64,000 nt of DNA from an uncultured Gammaproteobacteria bacterium (GCA_905181885.1 CAJIZI010000001.1:573765-637764), one strand, 5' to 3'; shown: positions 10,427 through 21,717, numbered from the stretch's first letter. Translations and numbers: made by a program. The notes: generated by a model from the sequence alone, not told the origin.

Positions 10427-11602
10427 CTAGAGGCTATAACGTCTATCCGCTAATTGCAGTCGTGGTAATAATTCAGGTAATCTTTTTGTTAAAGTAAGTA
10501 CTTTAAAATTTTCCCCCATTTCAGAGGGTAAGATAAGGCGTTTTAAAGCAGTTTTTTGCTGAAAATCATTGAAAGTATTCTCGCTTTTCTCGTTGGTTTG
10601 TAAAAGCTCGGTGATACCGCCAGCGAGTAAAAAATCAGCTTGAGTCTGGAAGCCTTCCACATTTAAACCTGCAGCTAAAGCAGTTTCAGCTAAAGCAGTA
10701 AAGTCGATATGGCTAGTAATGTCTTGTAAGCCAGGCAAGATGAGTGGATTCTCATGGCCTTGGTGTTGGTAGTAGCACATCATTGTGCCTTGTTGACGTT
10801 GTGGATGATAATAGGTGTTTCGACAATGACCGTAATCAATAATAAATAAAGCACCTTGTTTCATACAGGAAGCTAAGCTTGTTAGCCATGCTTCAGCTGT
10901 CAAATTGACCTCAGCATAATAATCATTCCCACCATTAATCTGATGGATAGTGTCAGAGCGGTTAGATAATTCTTTATTTAGCAGCTGATGTTGTGTCCAT
11001 TGTATTCCCTCTCTCCCCTCCTCTACATAGCATTCGCTTGGCTTACCATTTTCAAAATGAAGCCGATGAAAAGGCATTGCATCACAAACTTCGTTAGCTA
11101 GTATTATTCCAGTAAAATGCAAGGGAAAACTAGTAAGCCAAGATATTTTGTTTTTAAGGCGAGGAATAGCATGGCTTATTCTTTCAAGCTGCCTAGCCTG
11201 TAAGTTAGCACTTGCTTCAATAATATAATAATGCGAAGGCAAAGCATTATCTTCTTCTAGCTGGAGAAGGATATCAATAGCCATTTTTCCGCTACCTGCA
11301 CCAAACTCTAACAAGTCGAAAGAGTCTAGTTGTTTGCTAGCATCTTGAAGTTGTCGGGCAAGTGTCTGTGAAAATAAAGAAGATATTTCTGGTGAAGTTG
11401 TGAAGTCACCCAGCGGTCCGAGTTTCTGGCTGCCAGCGCTGTAATAACCTAAGCCCGGATAATAAAGACAGAGCTGCATGAACTTTGCAAAACTGATCTT
11501 TCCGTGTGATTCTTTAATCTGTTGTTGTATGACAGACAATAATCGATCACTATGCTGTTGTGCAACTACGCTGGGTTGAGAAAAAGGTTTATAAGAAGTC
11601 AT
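10427..11602 (-). CDS. SAM-dependent methyltransferase, MidA/NDUFAF7 (DUF185) family
   Basis: 391 aa. FMQLCLYYPGLGYY, GDFTTSPEIS and LLEFGAGSGKMA motifs. The start may be further downstream (see rejected notes). Confidence 0.7.
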   Translation of the reverse strand: MTSYKPFSQPSVVAQQHSDRLLSVIQQQIKESHGKISFAKFMQLCLYYPGLGYYSAGSQKLGPLGDFTTSPEISSLFSQTLARQLQDASKQLDSFDLLEFGAGSGKMAIDILLQLEEDNALPSHYYIIEASANLQARQLERISHAIPRLKNKISWLTSFPLHFTGIILANEVCDAMPFHRLHFENGKPSECYVEEGREGIQWTQHQLLNKELSNRSDTIHQINGGNDYYAEVNLTAEAWLTSLASCMKQGALFIIDYGHCRNTYYHPQRQQGTMMCYYQHQGHENPLILPGLQDITSHIDFTALAETALAAGLNVEGFQTQADFLLAGGITELLQTNEKSENTFNDFQQKTALKRLILPSEMGENFKVLTLTKRLPELLPRLQLADRRYSL

Positions 11603-12335
11603 GGCTAATCAATTATTAGAAAATGCAATTGTAATTACTGGGGCTGGGAGGCGAATTGGTCATCATATTGCGTTACGCCTTCATCAAGATGGCTACGAAG
11701 TGATAGCGCATTATCGTACGCTTACACCGGAGATCCAAGCTTTAGCTAAGTTGGGTATTAGAACGCTGCAGGCGGATTTATCAAATAGCAAGCAGATCTT
11801 AGCATTTGTAGCTGCCCTGAAAGTTTGTTGCAAGCAGTTTAGAGGGATTATTCACAATGCTTCCTCGTTTGAGTCGACATCGCAAGATATTGAGATTGCT
11901 GTTGAGCAATACAAGCAATTTTTTAATATACACATGATGGCACCATTTTTGATCAATCAAAGTTTACAGTCAATGCTAATAGGTGAAGAAGGTTGCCCAG
12001 CCGATATTATCCATATCACTGATATCAACGTTGAAAACCCAACACCTGATTTTGATATCTATGGAAGCACTAAGGCAGGCCTACACAACATGACTCTGGC
12101 CTTAGCTAAAAAGTTTGGGCCTGAAATCAAAGTGAACGCCGTGGCACCTGGACCAGTATTATTCACTAAGGCACATTCTGACGAAGTTAGACGGCAGATT
12201 TTAGCTGAAACGTTGTTAGGGAAAGAAGGCGGACCAGAACCAGTTTACTTGGCAGTAAAAAGTCTATTGATGAATCCTTTTATCACTGGAGCTAGCATCC
12301 CTGTTGATGGTGGTCGCCGACTGTCCAAACGTTAA
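11601..12335 (+). CDS. folM: Dihydromonapterin/pteridine reductase (SDR family, FolM-like)
   Basis: 244 aa, collinear with E. coli FolM as I recall it: ITGAGRRIG, QADLS, IIHNAS, DIIHITD, YGSTKAGL, VNAVAPG, VDGGRRL. Adjacent to folK-folB. Confidence 0.75.
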   Translation: MANQLLENAIVITGAGRRIGHHIALRLHQDGYEVIAHYRTLTPEIQALAKLGIRTLQADLSNSKQILAFVAALKVCCKQFRGIIHNASSFESTSQDIEIAVEQYKQFFNIHMMAPFLINQSLQSMLIGEEGCPADIIHITDINVENPTPDFDIYGSTKAGLHNMTLALAKKFGPEIKVNAVAPGPVLFTKAHSDEVRRQILAETLLGKEGGPEPVYLAVKSLLMNPFITGASIPVDGGRRLSKR

Positions 12336-12788
12336 GCTACCGACTTCAATAAGGACACCTTCTTGACGAGTACTATAAGGTTTTTGAATCAAATAGTGAC
12401 AGATTTCCTCAAGTAGCGGATATAGAAAATATTCATCTGTTACTTTATTGGCGTCGAGCAAAAAATCTTCTTCGGAATTGATGGGACATAAAATATCTAA
12501 ATCAGCAGGGCGATCTTTAATTTTGCTTGCAGGATCCTGCCTGTCACGGCCTAATTTCGTTTCAATATCATTACAAATCGCCTTGAGTTCAAACGCATTA
12601 AGGGCCGTTTCAATGAACACAACAACATTCAAAAAGTCATGAGTACTATTCATTCCGACTGGAGGGATATGAAGAACACGACTCAGTGCTAAGCTTGAAA
12701 AATGATTCAGCAACAAAGTAATAATAGCGCCAATATTTTGCTGTGGCGACAGGTTACTGCCTATGCCGAGAAGATAACCTTGGGTCAT
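12264..12788 (-). CDS. folK: 2-amino-4-hydroxy-6-hydroxymethyldihydropteridine diphosphokinase
   Basis: GIGSNL, FLNVVV, IETKLGRDR and RPADLDIL motifs. Abuts folB (shared nt 12788). The 3' end overlaps convergent folM by 72 nt. Confidence 0.8.
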   Translation of the reverse strand: MTQGYLLGIGSNLSPQQNIGAIITLLLNHFSSLALSRVLHIPPVGMNSTHDFLNVVVFIETALNAFELKAICNDIETKLGRDRQDPASKIKDRPADLDILCPINSEEDFLLDANKVTDEYFLYPLLEEICHYLIQKPYSTRQEGVLIEVGSLTFGQSATTINRDASSSDKRIHQ

Positions 12789-13138
12789 TAAGCGGGTCGT
12801 TCAATGACGATTGTTGCAATATTGTTGCCATGAAGTGCCACAGGCTTACTAAGTGATAATTTAAGCTTTGGAATAGGGTAGCTTGAGAGTAGTAGAGCGC
12901 ATAGGTCTTCAGCTAGGGCCTCAATTAGTTGATAGCTACTATGTTCGACGAACTCAACTACAGTCTGTGCGATAGCACCGTAGTCGAGAGTGTCGGCAAT
13001 ATCATCACTGGCGGCAGCGGGACGAATATCCCAATCTATTTCTAAACTGAAATGAAGCGTCTGCTTTAATTCGCGCTCCCAGTCATAAATGCCAATAATA
13101 GTATCGATTTTTAGATCGTTAAGAAAAATTTTATCCAT
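12788..13138 (-). CDS. folB: Dihydroneopterin aldolase
   Basis: 116 aa. MDKIFLNDLKIDTIIGIYDWER is a typical FolB start. folB-folK pairing and divergence from plsY match Pseudomonas. Confidence 0.85.
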   Translation of the reverse strand: MDKIFLNDLKIDTIIGIYDWERELKQTLHFSLEIDWDIRPAAASDDIADTLDYGAIAQTVVEFVEHSSYQLIEALAEDLCALLLSSYPIPKLKLSLSKPVALHGNNIATIVIERPA

Positions 13139-13206
13139 GAGTCTGCATCTAAATGTAAAAAATAACCTTATAATGAAACTATCGTAAAATTAGGCTGAAT
13201 CATATC

Positions 13207-13810
13207 ATGCTTGAAACATTAACTTTACCAATAGCCGCGATAGTTGCAGCTTATTTAATCGGTTCATTATCTAGCGCTATTATCTTGTGTAAATTAGCTG
13301 GTCTGCCGGATCCAAGATCGGAAGGTTCAGGAAATCCAGGTGCGACAAATGTACTGCGCATCGGCGGGAAAAAATTAGCTGCAACGGTGCTGTTTATTGA
13401 TGTGGTTAAGGGATGTACTGCCAGTTACTATGGTAAGTCTGGCAGGGTTCGACCTAGCATGGGTAACAGCCACTGCATTTGCAGTCTTTTTAGGCCATTT
13501 ATATCCAGTTTTCTTCCAATTCAATGGGGGCAAAGGAGTAGCTACTGCATTGGGGGGGTTTCTGGCCTTGTCACCACCGCTAGGGGCGGCAATTCTACTG
13601 AGCTGGTTATTTGTATTTATCATCAGCCGGATATCATCACTGTCTGCCATCATTGCCGCATCTTTAGCACCTTTGTATAGCATGTGGTTAATTAATAGCC
13701 TCGAAGCTCGTTGGATTATCTTTGTGATGACGACTATGTTGCTAATCCGCCATAAAAGTAATATCAAGCGGCTTTTATCAGGTGAGGAGTCTAACCTTAA
13801 ACAGGACTAG
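13207..13810 (+). pseudogene. plsY: Glycerol-3-phosphate acyltransferase PlsY, frame interrupted (+1) near nt 13411-13416
   Basis: The N-part has [10 protein letters not shown]. The second frame has [21 protein letters not shown]. The join follows IDVVKG. Length is 3n+1. Confidence 0.8.
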
Positions 13811-14817
13811 GTGGGGTTAGTTCTTCCAAAGGCCAGCGTGGCCTTGCTGAGAATATGGGCGCTGATCGTGATTTTATCATCGCTTGTTGGCGCATGGCAC
13901 CGGTAAATGCGATCATAGCGCCATTATCACTACAAAACTCTTGTCTTGGATAGTAGGTTTGAACGTCTTTTATGTCATTGAGGCGGGCCCTTAAAGCTGT
14001 ATTGGCACTGACGCCTCCCTGCTATCACTAGAGTAGAGTGTCCAGTTTGTTTTATAGCACGTATGCATTTAATGGCGAGTGTTTCAACCGCGGCACTCTG
14101 GAAGGCTAAAGCAATATCTGCTCGATCTTGGACAGTTTTTTCGCTATTAAGCCATGTGTTCATGCTGAAAGTTTTTAAACCGCTAAAGCTGAAATCTAAG
14201 CCAGGTCGATTTGTCATTGGTCGTGGGAACTCATATTTACCGTGTGTGCCTTGCTCAGCTAAAGCAGCTAAAACCGGGCCGCCAGGATAAGGCAAACCCA
14301 ACATCTTGGCAGTTTTATCAAATGCCTCCCCCACAGCATCATCGAGAGACTCTCCTAGTACTTTGTATTGACCAACACCCTGAACATCCACAAGTAAAGT
14401 ATGACCGCCTGAAACTAGTAAGGAGACAAAAGGAAATAATGGGGGCTTGTCTTCCATCAAAGGGGATAATAAGTGGCCTTCCATATGATTGATTGCCATG
14501 GCGGGGATATTTAATGCCCAAGCAAGACTTCGACCGATAGCGGCACCAACCAATAATGCGCCAACTAATCCTGGCCCAGCTGTATAAGCGATGGCATCGA
14601 TGTCATCTCGCCTTAGTTGTGCTTCAGCCAATACTTGCTCTATTAAAGGTAGAGTCTTACGAATATGATCGCGTGAGGCTAATTCAGGAACTACCCCACC
14701 ATATTGAGCATGTAAATCAATCTGACTATACAGGGCGTGGGCTAATAAGCCTTGCTCAGTATCATAAATTGCTATGCCTGTTTCATCACAGGAGGATTCG
14801 ATGCCTAATACACGCAT
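13797..14817 (-). pseudogene. tsaD: tRNA N6-adenosine threonylcarbamoyltransferase TsaD, frame interrupted (+1) near nt 14014-14020
   Basis: The N-part has [19 protein letters not shown] and SGGHT. After LVIAG the universally conserved GVSAN continues only in the +1 frame ([12 protein letters not shown]...CSDNGAMIA), down to the TAA at 13797-13799. Length is 1021 nt, i.e. 3n+1. Confidence 0.85.
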
Positions 14818-14959
14818 TAGAAAAGTTCTTTTTAGAGCTTATAAAGTGAGTGCGTATTATGCCTTTATTTAAAAGAATTTGATTGATCTGTTTTCTTTCT
14901 GTCGGATCTTTCGTACAATTAAGGGCTTTCTAACAAATTTTAGTATTAGGATTCAAAAT

Positions 14960-15175
14960 ATGCCATCAGTTCGTCTAAAAGAAAACGAGCCTTTTGATAT
15001 TGCACTACGTCGTTTTAAACGTGCGTGTGAAAAAGCAGGTACCGTCGCAGAAGCAAGAGCGCGTGAAGCGTATGAAAAGCCAACGACAGTTCGTAAACGC
15101 GCAGCAGCAGCAGCAGTGAAACGCCACCAAAAGAAAACATCACGTGAAAGCGCTCGCCGCATCCGCTTGTACTAA
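14960..15175 (+). CDS. rpsU: 30S ribosomal protein S21
   Basis: 71 aa, [21 protein letters not shown]... The ATG at 14960 was chosen inside the longer track ORF. Confidence 0.95.
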   Translation: MPSVRLKENEPFDIALRRFKRACEKAGTVAEARAREAYEKPTTVRKRAAAAAVKRHQKKTSRESARRIRLY

Positions 15176-15189
15176 AAATCTTTATCACA

Positions 15190-15651
15190 ATGCCTGCAGA
15201 AGCTAGCCCATTAAAACTAACCATTCAAGATAATGTCAAGGCCGCAATGCGCGCCAAAGAAAAAGATCGTCTTGTGACATTGCGTACAATAATGGCTGAG
15301 ATTAAGCAGATTGAAGTTGATAAGCGTGTCGATGTGGACGATGATGGAATTGTTACAATTCTTACCAAGATGTGCAAGCAGCGTCGTGATTCTTTAAGTC
15401 AGTTTGAGAAAGCAGGTCGTAATGATCTTGCTCGAATTGAAGTGGCCGAGCTAGCCGTTATCAATGAGTTCATGCCAACGCCTATGACAGATGATGAAAT
15501 TGCAGCTGCAATTGCAGAAACTATTTCACAAACTGGCGCATCGAGCCCTAAAGAAATGGGTGTAGTAATGAATATGCTCAGACCAAAGTTACAAGGTAAA
15601 GCCGATATGGGGGCAGTGAGCGGTCTGGTTAAGGCGGCGCTCACCGTATAA
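15190..15651 (+). CDS. GatB/YqeY domain-containing protein
   Basis: 153 aa. The pattern AMRAKEK.RL..LR...AEIKQ...D and the position between rpsU and dnaG fit YqeY. Confidence 0.8.
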   Translation: MPAEASPLKLTIQDNVKAAMRAKEKDRLVTLRTIMAEIKQIEVDKRVDVDDDGIVTILTKMCKQRRDSLSQFEKAGRNDLARIEVAELAVINEFMPTPMTDDEIAAAIAETISQTGASSPKEMGVVMNMLRPKLQGKADMGAVSGLVKAALTV

Positions 15652-15724
15652 ATAGTCCGTAGCTTGCCAAGTCAGATTAACATTGTACTTGGATTGTTGG
15701 GCACCTTAGGCTATAAGGTTTAAG

Positions 15725-17458
15725 ATGGCCGGCCAAATTCCTCCCCAATTTATTGATGACTTATTGACTCGTGTTGATATCACAGATGTTATTGACGCCC
15801 GTGTTCCACTCAAGAAAGCAGGTAAAAACTTACAAGCTTGCTGTCCGTTTCATAACGAAAAAACTCCTTCTTTTACCGTCAGTTCTGAAAAGCAGTTCTA
15901 CCACTGTTTTGGTTGTGGAGCTCACGGCACAGCGATTGGGTTCTTGATGGAATATGATCAGATGAGCTTCCCTGAAGCTATCCATGAATTGGCTGATTCT
16001 GTGGGTATGACAGTTCCTAGTTCGCAGTCATTCGTGCCTAACCCAGCGAAACTGAACTTATATGAATTACTGGATAAAGTAAGCCAGTTTTACGTTCATC
16101 AATTACACTCGCACCCCAAGCGTGATGAGTTCAATAATTATCTTAAGCAACGTGGCTTATCACCCGCAATTATTGAGCACTTTGGAATAGGCATGGCTCC
16201 AGAAGGTTGGGATCATGTCCTTAAGAAATTTGGAAATTCGCAGAAAGCAATAGAACAATTAAATGAGGCAGGGTTGTTAAGTAGTAATGATAAAGGTAAT
16301 ACATACGACCGATTTCGTAGTCGAGTTATGTTCCCAATTAGAGATAGGCGGGGCCGAGTCATTGGCTTTGGTGGAAGGGTCTTGGATGACAGTACACCAA
16401 AATATTTAAACTCACCGGAAACACCTGTTTTTCATAAAGGTCACGAGCTTTATGGGCTATATCAAGCGCGAAAAGCGAATCGAAAGCTAGAGCGGCTCAT
16501 CATCGTCGAAGGTTACATGGATGTCATCGCCTTAGCGGAAAAAGGTATTAGTAATGCTGTTGCTACACTCGGTACAGCGACTACCCCGGAGCACCTAAGG
16601 CAACTACAGCGTAGTGCGCCAGAAGTCATTTTCTGTTTTGATGGGGATAGAGCAGGAAGGGAAGCTGCATGGCGTGCGGCCGAAAATGCTTTGCCCTTGT
16701 TGGGAGGGAATCACCAGCTTAAATTTATGTTCCTTCCTGATGGCGAAGATCCTGACACCTTAGTTAAACAAAAGGGCGCTGATGCTTTTAATAAGTTAGT
16801 CACTAATGCTAAGAATTTTTCAGATTTCTTTTTTGAAAGCTTAGAAAAGCGAGTTGATATTGAGTCTATGGATGGAAGAGCAAGGTTGATTGAAATCGCT
16901 CGCCCGTATTTACGGCACATCCCTGTAGGTATTTATCGTGATATGTTTGAGCAGCGTCTAGTAGAGCGAGCTCAAACAAGTACCGCGGTATTGCATAAGC
17001 ATGTAGAAAAGCCATCTAAATCAAAAAAAGTTATTAACAAAATGGCAACTATATCTACCGGCATGTCGCCCATTAGAATGGCCATTACAATACTACTGCA
17101 ACACCCAGACCTACATAAATCGGTTGGTGACTTTGATAAGATTGCAACGTTATCTCGGCCGGGGATTGTTATTTTGACGGAGCTACTTGAAACTCTTCAT
17201 CAGCAACCACATTTGAATACTGCAGCTTTGTTAGAAAGAGCAAGGGAAGCAGATTATGCAGATCATTTAATGAAATTAGCGATGCAAACGTTGAGTTTGA
17301 GCGCAAAAGAGTTGGAACATGAACTAGTCGGTGCGATAGAACAGCTGCAGCAGGAGGCGCAAAACTCACGTCATGAAGTTCTGATGGCGAAGGGTTTGAG
17401 TAAGCTAACAAAAGAAGAGCGAGAAGAAATACAACAACTAGAAATACGCATGCGGTGA
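15725..17458 (+). CDS. dnaG: DNA primase
   Basis: 577 aa. Zinc ribbon CPFHNEKTPSFTVS...YHCFGCGAHG, Toprim EGYMDV...DGDRAGREAA. Confidence 0.95.
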   Translation: MAGQIPPQFIDDLLTRVDITDVIDARVPLKKAGKNLQACCPFHNEKTPSFTVSSEKQFYHCFGCGAHGTAIGFLMEYDQMSFPEAIHELADSVGMTVPSSQSFVPNPAKLNLYELLDKVSQFYVHQLHSHPKRDEFNNYLKQRGLSPAIIEHFGIGMAPEGWDHVLKKFGNSQKAIEQLNEAGLLSSNDKGNTYDRFRSRVMFPIRDRRGRVIGFGGRVLDDSTPKYLNSPETPVFHKGHELYGLYQARKANRKLERLIIVEGYMDVIALAEKGISNAVATLGTATTPEHLRQLQRSAPEVIFCFDGDRAGREAAWRAAENALPLLGGNHQLKFMFLPDGEDPDTLVKQKGADAFNKLVTNAKNFSDFFFESLEKRVDIESMDGRARLIEIARPYLRHIPVGIYRDMFEQRLVERAQTSTAVLHKHVEKPSKSKKVINKMATISTGMSPIRMAITILLQHPDLHKSVGDFDKIATLSRPGIVILTELLETLHQQPHLNTAALLERAREADYADHLMKLAMQTLSLSAKELEHELVGAIEQLQQEAQNSRHEVLMAKGLSKLTKEEREEIQQLEIRMR

Positions 17459-17560
17459 TAAGAGTGATAATTTGCGCATTAAAAAACGTGCAATATTATG
17501 GGCTTATAGTTATAATATTCGTCCGCAGTATTCGTTAGATATGATGTAAAAAGAGGTCAA

Positions 17561-19367
17561 ATGAAAGATCAACAATCCCGCATTAAAGCGCTTATAACCT
17601 TAGGTAAAGAGCGTGGGTATCTCACTTATGGTGAGATCAATGATCACTTACCGGAAGATATGGTCGATGCGGATCAAATTGAAGACATCATTGGTATGTT
17701 TAGTGATCTTGGTATCGTAGTGCATGAAGATGGTATGGATACAGATGAGATGGAGCGCTTAGCTGAAGCTGCTTCTTCAGGTGATGAAGTCTCAGCAGAA
17801 GAAGCAGCAGCAGTATTGGCGAGCTCAGATGGCGAGTTTGGCCGTACAACTGATCCTGTTCGAATGTACATGCGTGAAATGGGTTCTGTTGAATTATTGA
17901 CTCGTGAAGGTGAGATCGTGATTGCTAAGCGGATCGAAGCTGGTTTGCGCGAAAGCCTTTTTATGCTGTCAACCTATCCGCCCTGTATCATTAATTTTTT
18001 AGAGTTATACGATGCTGTTGAAGCAGGTGAAATGCGACTCAATGAGCTGATGAAAGGTTTTAACCTAACTGATGAAGAACAAGCTAAATTAATTGCTGAG
18101 CAAGCGGCTCTAGCATTATCTGAAGATGAAGATGAAGATGAAGAGGCGAGCTGCAGCAGGCGTTGATCCTGAAGAAGCACGGGAACGATTCCAGCTATTA
18201 CGAGATGCCCATCAGGCGGCAGAAAAAGCCAAAGCAGCAGGCAAAGACGACCTATTAGAGCTAAATGAAGTAACAAGCAGTATCTTTATGGAATTTAAGT
18301 TAACACCGAAAACTTTGATTTTCTTGAATAACTTAATGGGTAGTACGGTCGAAGTCATTCGAAAACAAGAGCGTTCGATTGCTAAGATTGTTGTTGACCA
18401 AGGGCGTATGAATCGCCGTGACTTTATTGATTCTTTTACAGGCAATGAAGTGAATCTGGAATGGACTGATAAACATGTCCGTGCAAAAAAGCATTATTCA
18501 TCAACGATTAAAAAGAATCTCGACCAGGTTTTAGAAGCACAAAAAACGATGGCAGTATTGGCAGAAGATCGTGAAATGAATATTGGTGAGATTAAAGAAA
18601 TAAGTCGACAAATGTCGATTGCAGAAGCCAAAGCACGACGCGCTAAAAAAGAAATGGTCGAAGCGAATTTGCGATTGGTCATTTCAATTGCTAAAAAATA
18701 TACTAACCGTGGCTTGCAATTCTTAGATCTGATTCAAGAAGGTAATATCGGCTTGATGAAAGCGGTCGATAAGTTTGAATATCAACGAGGTTACAAATTC
18801 TCTACTTATGCAACATGGTGGATTCGCCAAGCAATCACCCGCTCTATTGCTGATCAAGCGCGGACGATACGTATTCCCGTGCACATGATTGAAACAATTA
18901 ACAAACTTAACCGTATTGCACGCCAAATGCTACAAGAAATGGGCCGCGAGCCTACGCCTGAAGAGTTGTCAGAGCGCGTCGAAATGCCAGAAGATAAGGT
19001 ACGAAAAGTTCTTAAAATTTCTAAAGAGCCTATTTCGATGGAAACTCCAATCGGTGATGATGAAGATTCACATTTAGGGGATTTTGTGGAAGATGTGAAT
19101 GTTATGTCACCACAAGATGCTGCAATGATAGAAGGTTTAAAAGAAGCAACACAAGGAATGCTTAGTGGGTTAACCGAGCGAGAAGCTAAAGTACTGCGGA
19201 TGCGTTTTGGTATTGATATGAACACGGATCATACACTTGAAGAAGTGGGCAAACAGTTTGATGTAACGCGCGAACGTATTCGTCAAATTGAGGCCAAAGC
19301 GTTGCGTAAACTCCGCCACCCAACACGGTCGGATCAATTACGTAGTTTCCTTGATACTGATAATTAA
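17561..19367 (+). pseudogene. rpoD: RNA polymerase sigma-70 factor RpoD, frame interrupted (+1) near nt 18145-18165 in the acidic non-conserved region
   Basis: Region 1.1/1.2 (DPVRMYMREMG) lies in the first frame. Regions 2-4 ([61 protein letters not shown]) lie in the second. Length is 1807 nt, i.e. 3n+1. Almost certainly intact in vivo. Confidence 0.9.
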
Positions 19368-19374
19368 AAGTTTA

Positions 19375-19451
19375 GGGCCCATAGCTCAGCTGGTTAGAGC
19401 ACTCGACTCATAATCGATTGGTCCCAGGTTCAAGTCCTGGTGGGCCCACCA
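19375..19451 (+). tRNA. ileX: tRNA-Ile2 (anticodon CAT, lysidine-modified type); formal alternative tRNA-Met
   Basis: 77 nt. Acceptor GGGCCCA/TGGGCCC+ACCA, anticodon loop CTCATAA. The body resembles E. coli ileX and it follows rpoD as ileX does in E. coli. Confidence 0.8.
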
Positions 19452-19456
19452 GAGTA

Positions 19457-19488
19457 AAACCCAGTATCGAAAGATATTGGGTTTTTTT
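19457..19488 (+). terminator. Rho-independent terminator after tRNA-Ile2
   Basis: Stem AAACCCAGTATC / GATATTGGGTTT, GAAA loop, T7 run. Confidence 0.75.
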
Positions 19489-19552
19489 ATGCGCTAAATA
19501 ATATTGTCTACTGAAGAGACACTGAAAGATATCTACATTATAATGCTGCACT

Positions 19553-21103
19553 ATGAAATATTTGAAAGTACTAAAAAAGTCGGCAATCATATGTATATTA
19601 GGGATGTTAGGGGCATGTAGCTTTACATCGCTGAATATTAAAACTATCTCGGTAGAGCCTATAAAATATCAGAGTCCTCAAGAAGAAGATAAAGGCAATA
19701 CTTTAGTTACAATTAAGATAGAACCAGAGACGGATGTCTGGCAACGTGTACGTAGTGGTTTTGTAATGACTTCAGGAAAGTCATTGAATAAGTCAACACA
19801 AAAACAAGTCAATCGACTTTTAAAAAACCGCCAGTATTTAGATATAGTCACAGAACGAGCAAGGCCTTACTTACATTATATTGTCTCTGAGTTAGACAAG
19901 CGTAATATGCCCATGGAAATTGCTTTGTTACCAGTGGTTGAAAGCGGCTTTAAGCCTCATGTTTATTCAAATAGTGGGGCTGCAGGTTTATGGCAATTTA
20001 TGCCTGCAACTGGAAAGATGTTCGGTCTCGAGCAAAATGGGTGGTATGACGGCCGAAGAAATATTGTTGCATCGACGGATGCAGCTTTGGACTATTTGCA
20101 AAAGCTGCATGGTTATTTTGGTGATTGGCAGTTGGCACTTGCAGCTTATAATGCTGGTGAAGGCAGGGTGGGACGAGCTATTGAGAAAAATAAAAAAGCG
20201 GGCAAGCCTACTGACTTTTGGTCACTAGGCTTGCCCGCTGAAACGACAGCGTATGTACCAAAACTACTGGCTATTTCACACTTGGTTTCACAAGCTAATC
20301 ATTATGGCTTAATTCTTCGGCCAATTGAAAACAAGCCTGTATTTACTGTTGTTGATGTTGGCTCACAAATTGACTTGGCATTAGCTGCTAAATTAGCAGG
20401 CATAACTAGCGATGAGCTCTATCAATTCAATCCAGGCTATAATTATTTTGCCACACAGCCCGATGGTCCTCATGAACTTGTCATCCCAGTAGAGAAGAGT
20501 GAAAATTTCAAACGTAACCTAGCTGCATTACCTATAAAAAATAGAATGCAGTGGCAACGTCATAAAATAAAAAAAGGAGAATCATTGGGCGTGATTGCTA
20601 TGCAATATAAAACCACGGTCTCAGCATTACAACAGACTAATAAATTAAGCTCTTCTAATATTCGTACGGGCCGACATTTAATGATTCCAATGTCAGAGCC
20701 AAGGGGAGTTAATTATAAAGGTCAGGACCAATTTGCTATGGACGGGGAAGAAGAAAAACCCAAAAAAGGCAAAAAAATAATTCATCTAGTAATAGAAGGC
20801 GATACTTGGTGGGATCTAGCACGTACGTATGATGTCGGTTTAAGTCAACTTGCCGCATGGAATGGCAAAGTGCCAAAGGATACTTTAAGACTAGGGGAAA
20901 AACTTGAGGTGTGGGCTACCAGAAGCCATTCAGGGACAAGTATTACTAAAACAGTAAATTATGAAATCAAGAGAGGGGACTCCCTTTGGAGAATATCCCA
21001 ACGATTTAAAGTTAGCATTGCTCAATTAAGAGAGTGGAATGGTCTTAGTATACGTAGTCTGTTAAAACCCGGTCAGAAACTGACCTTATATGTTGATGTG
21101 TAG
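19553..21103 (+). CDS. mltD: Membrane-bound lytic murein transglycosylase D (SLT domain + LysM repeats)
   Basis: Lipoprotein-type signal (LGMLGAC). SLT motifs ESGFKP, GAAGLWQFMPATG, AYNAG. Three LysM-like repeats (H.IKKGESLGVIA, H.V.EGDTWWDLA, YEIKRGDSLWRIS). Confidence 0.85.
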   Translation: MKYLKVLKKSAIICILGMLGACSFTSLNIKTISVEPIKYQSPQEEDKGNTLVTIKIEPETDVWQRVRSGFVMTSGKSLNKSTQKQVNRLLKNRQYLDIVTERARPYLHYIVSELDKRNMPMEIALLPVVESGFKPHVYSNSGAAGLWQFMPATGKMFGLEQNGWYDGRRNIVASTDAALDYLQKLHGYFGDWQLALAAYNAGEGRVGRAIEKNKKAGKPTDFWSLGLPAETTAYVPKLLAISHLVSQANHYGLILRPIENKPVFTVVDVGSQIDLALAAKLAGITSDELYQFNPGYNYFATQPDGPHELVIPVEKSENFKRNLAALPIKNRMQWQRHKIKKGESLGVIAMQYKTTVSALQQTNKLSSSNIRTGRHLMIPMSEPRGVNYKGQDQFAMDGEEEKPKKGKKIIHLVIEGDTWWDLARTYDVGLSQLAAWNGKVPKDTLRLGEKLEVWATRSHSGTSITKTVNYEIKRGDSLWRISQRFKVSIAQLREWNGLSIRSLLKPGQKLTLYVDV

Positions 21104-21144
21104 GGCTTAAAGAGTTCAAATGATATATGGGTAGCGATAAGGTA

Positions 21145-21609
21145 TCACTGGCCACCAGAGAAGCCTTGTTGCCGCCATGCTTCATAGCTAATAATAGCAA
21201 CCGAATTGGATAAATTGAGACTTCGATTCGATGCTTGCATGGGAATTCGAATACGTTGTTCATGAGGTAAGCTTTCGATAATGGTTTCAGGCAAGCCTGA
21301 AGTTTCAGAGCCAAAGAGAAATACATCTCCAGCTAGGTAGTCTACCTGATGATAATGCTGAGTGCCCTTCGTTGAACAAGCAAAAATACGATGGTTGGTC
21401 ATGGCCTTTAGAAAGTCTTCATAATTTTGATAACGACTAACGTTTGTCAGATCGTGATAATCGAGTCCTGCACGGCGTAATTGTTTTTCCTCGAGCCCAA
21501 ACCCTAGAGGCTCTATTAAATGCAAGTGGCAGCCATTATTAGCCGATAAACGGATGATGTTACCTGTGTTCGGAGCAATACAGGGTTCATGAAGAGCAAT
21601 ATGAAACAT
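21145..21609 (-). CDS. trmL: tRNA (cytidine(34)-2'-O)-methyltransferase (SpoU family)
   Basis: 154 aa. [21 protein letters not shown] start, FGSETSGLP and RIPM...[11 protein letters not shown] motifs. Confidence 0.85.
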   Translation of the reverse strand: MFHIALHEPCIAPNTGNIIRLSANNGCHLHLIEPLGFGLEEKQLRRAGLDYHDLTNVSRYQNYEDFLKAMTNHRIFACSTKGTQHYHQVDYLAGDVFLFGSETSGLPETIIESLPHEQRIRIPMQASNRSLNLSNSVAIISYEAWRQQGFSGGQ

Positions 21610-21717
21610 AGCGAGAATTTCTGATATTTGAAGTTAAACGTTCATTATTCACTCACGGTAGCCGACAAGCAACTTTTGATGTAGCGGAGCTACAAACTCG
21701 TGGGGTAGGAAAGGTGT

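Noticed and set aside
11600-11603. Head-to-head overlap of start codons (CATG) between the MidA-like gene and folM, leaving no promoter space.
   Set aside because: This is probably a start-codon artefact. An in-frame TTG (…RLLSVIQQQ…) about 20 codons downstream would give the MidA-like gene a conventional N-terminus and a divergent spacer of about 65 nt.
12264-12335. A 72-nt convergent overlap of the folK and folM 3' ends.
   Set aside because: The folK C-terminal tail beyond about residue 160 is unconserved. The overlap is most simply a late stop codon, not a regulatory feature.
18854-19225. A 123-aa ORF antisense to rpoD, plus roughly 40 similar track ORFs lying inside or antisense to well-supported genes (e.g. 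243-470, 969-1304, 4598-4912, 22705-23067, 34439-34759, 40755-41168, 58380-58715).
   Set aside because: They are shadow ORFs of strongly conserved genes on the other strand or frame. They have low-complexity or biased composition and no motifs.
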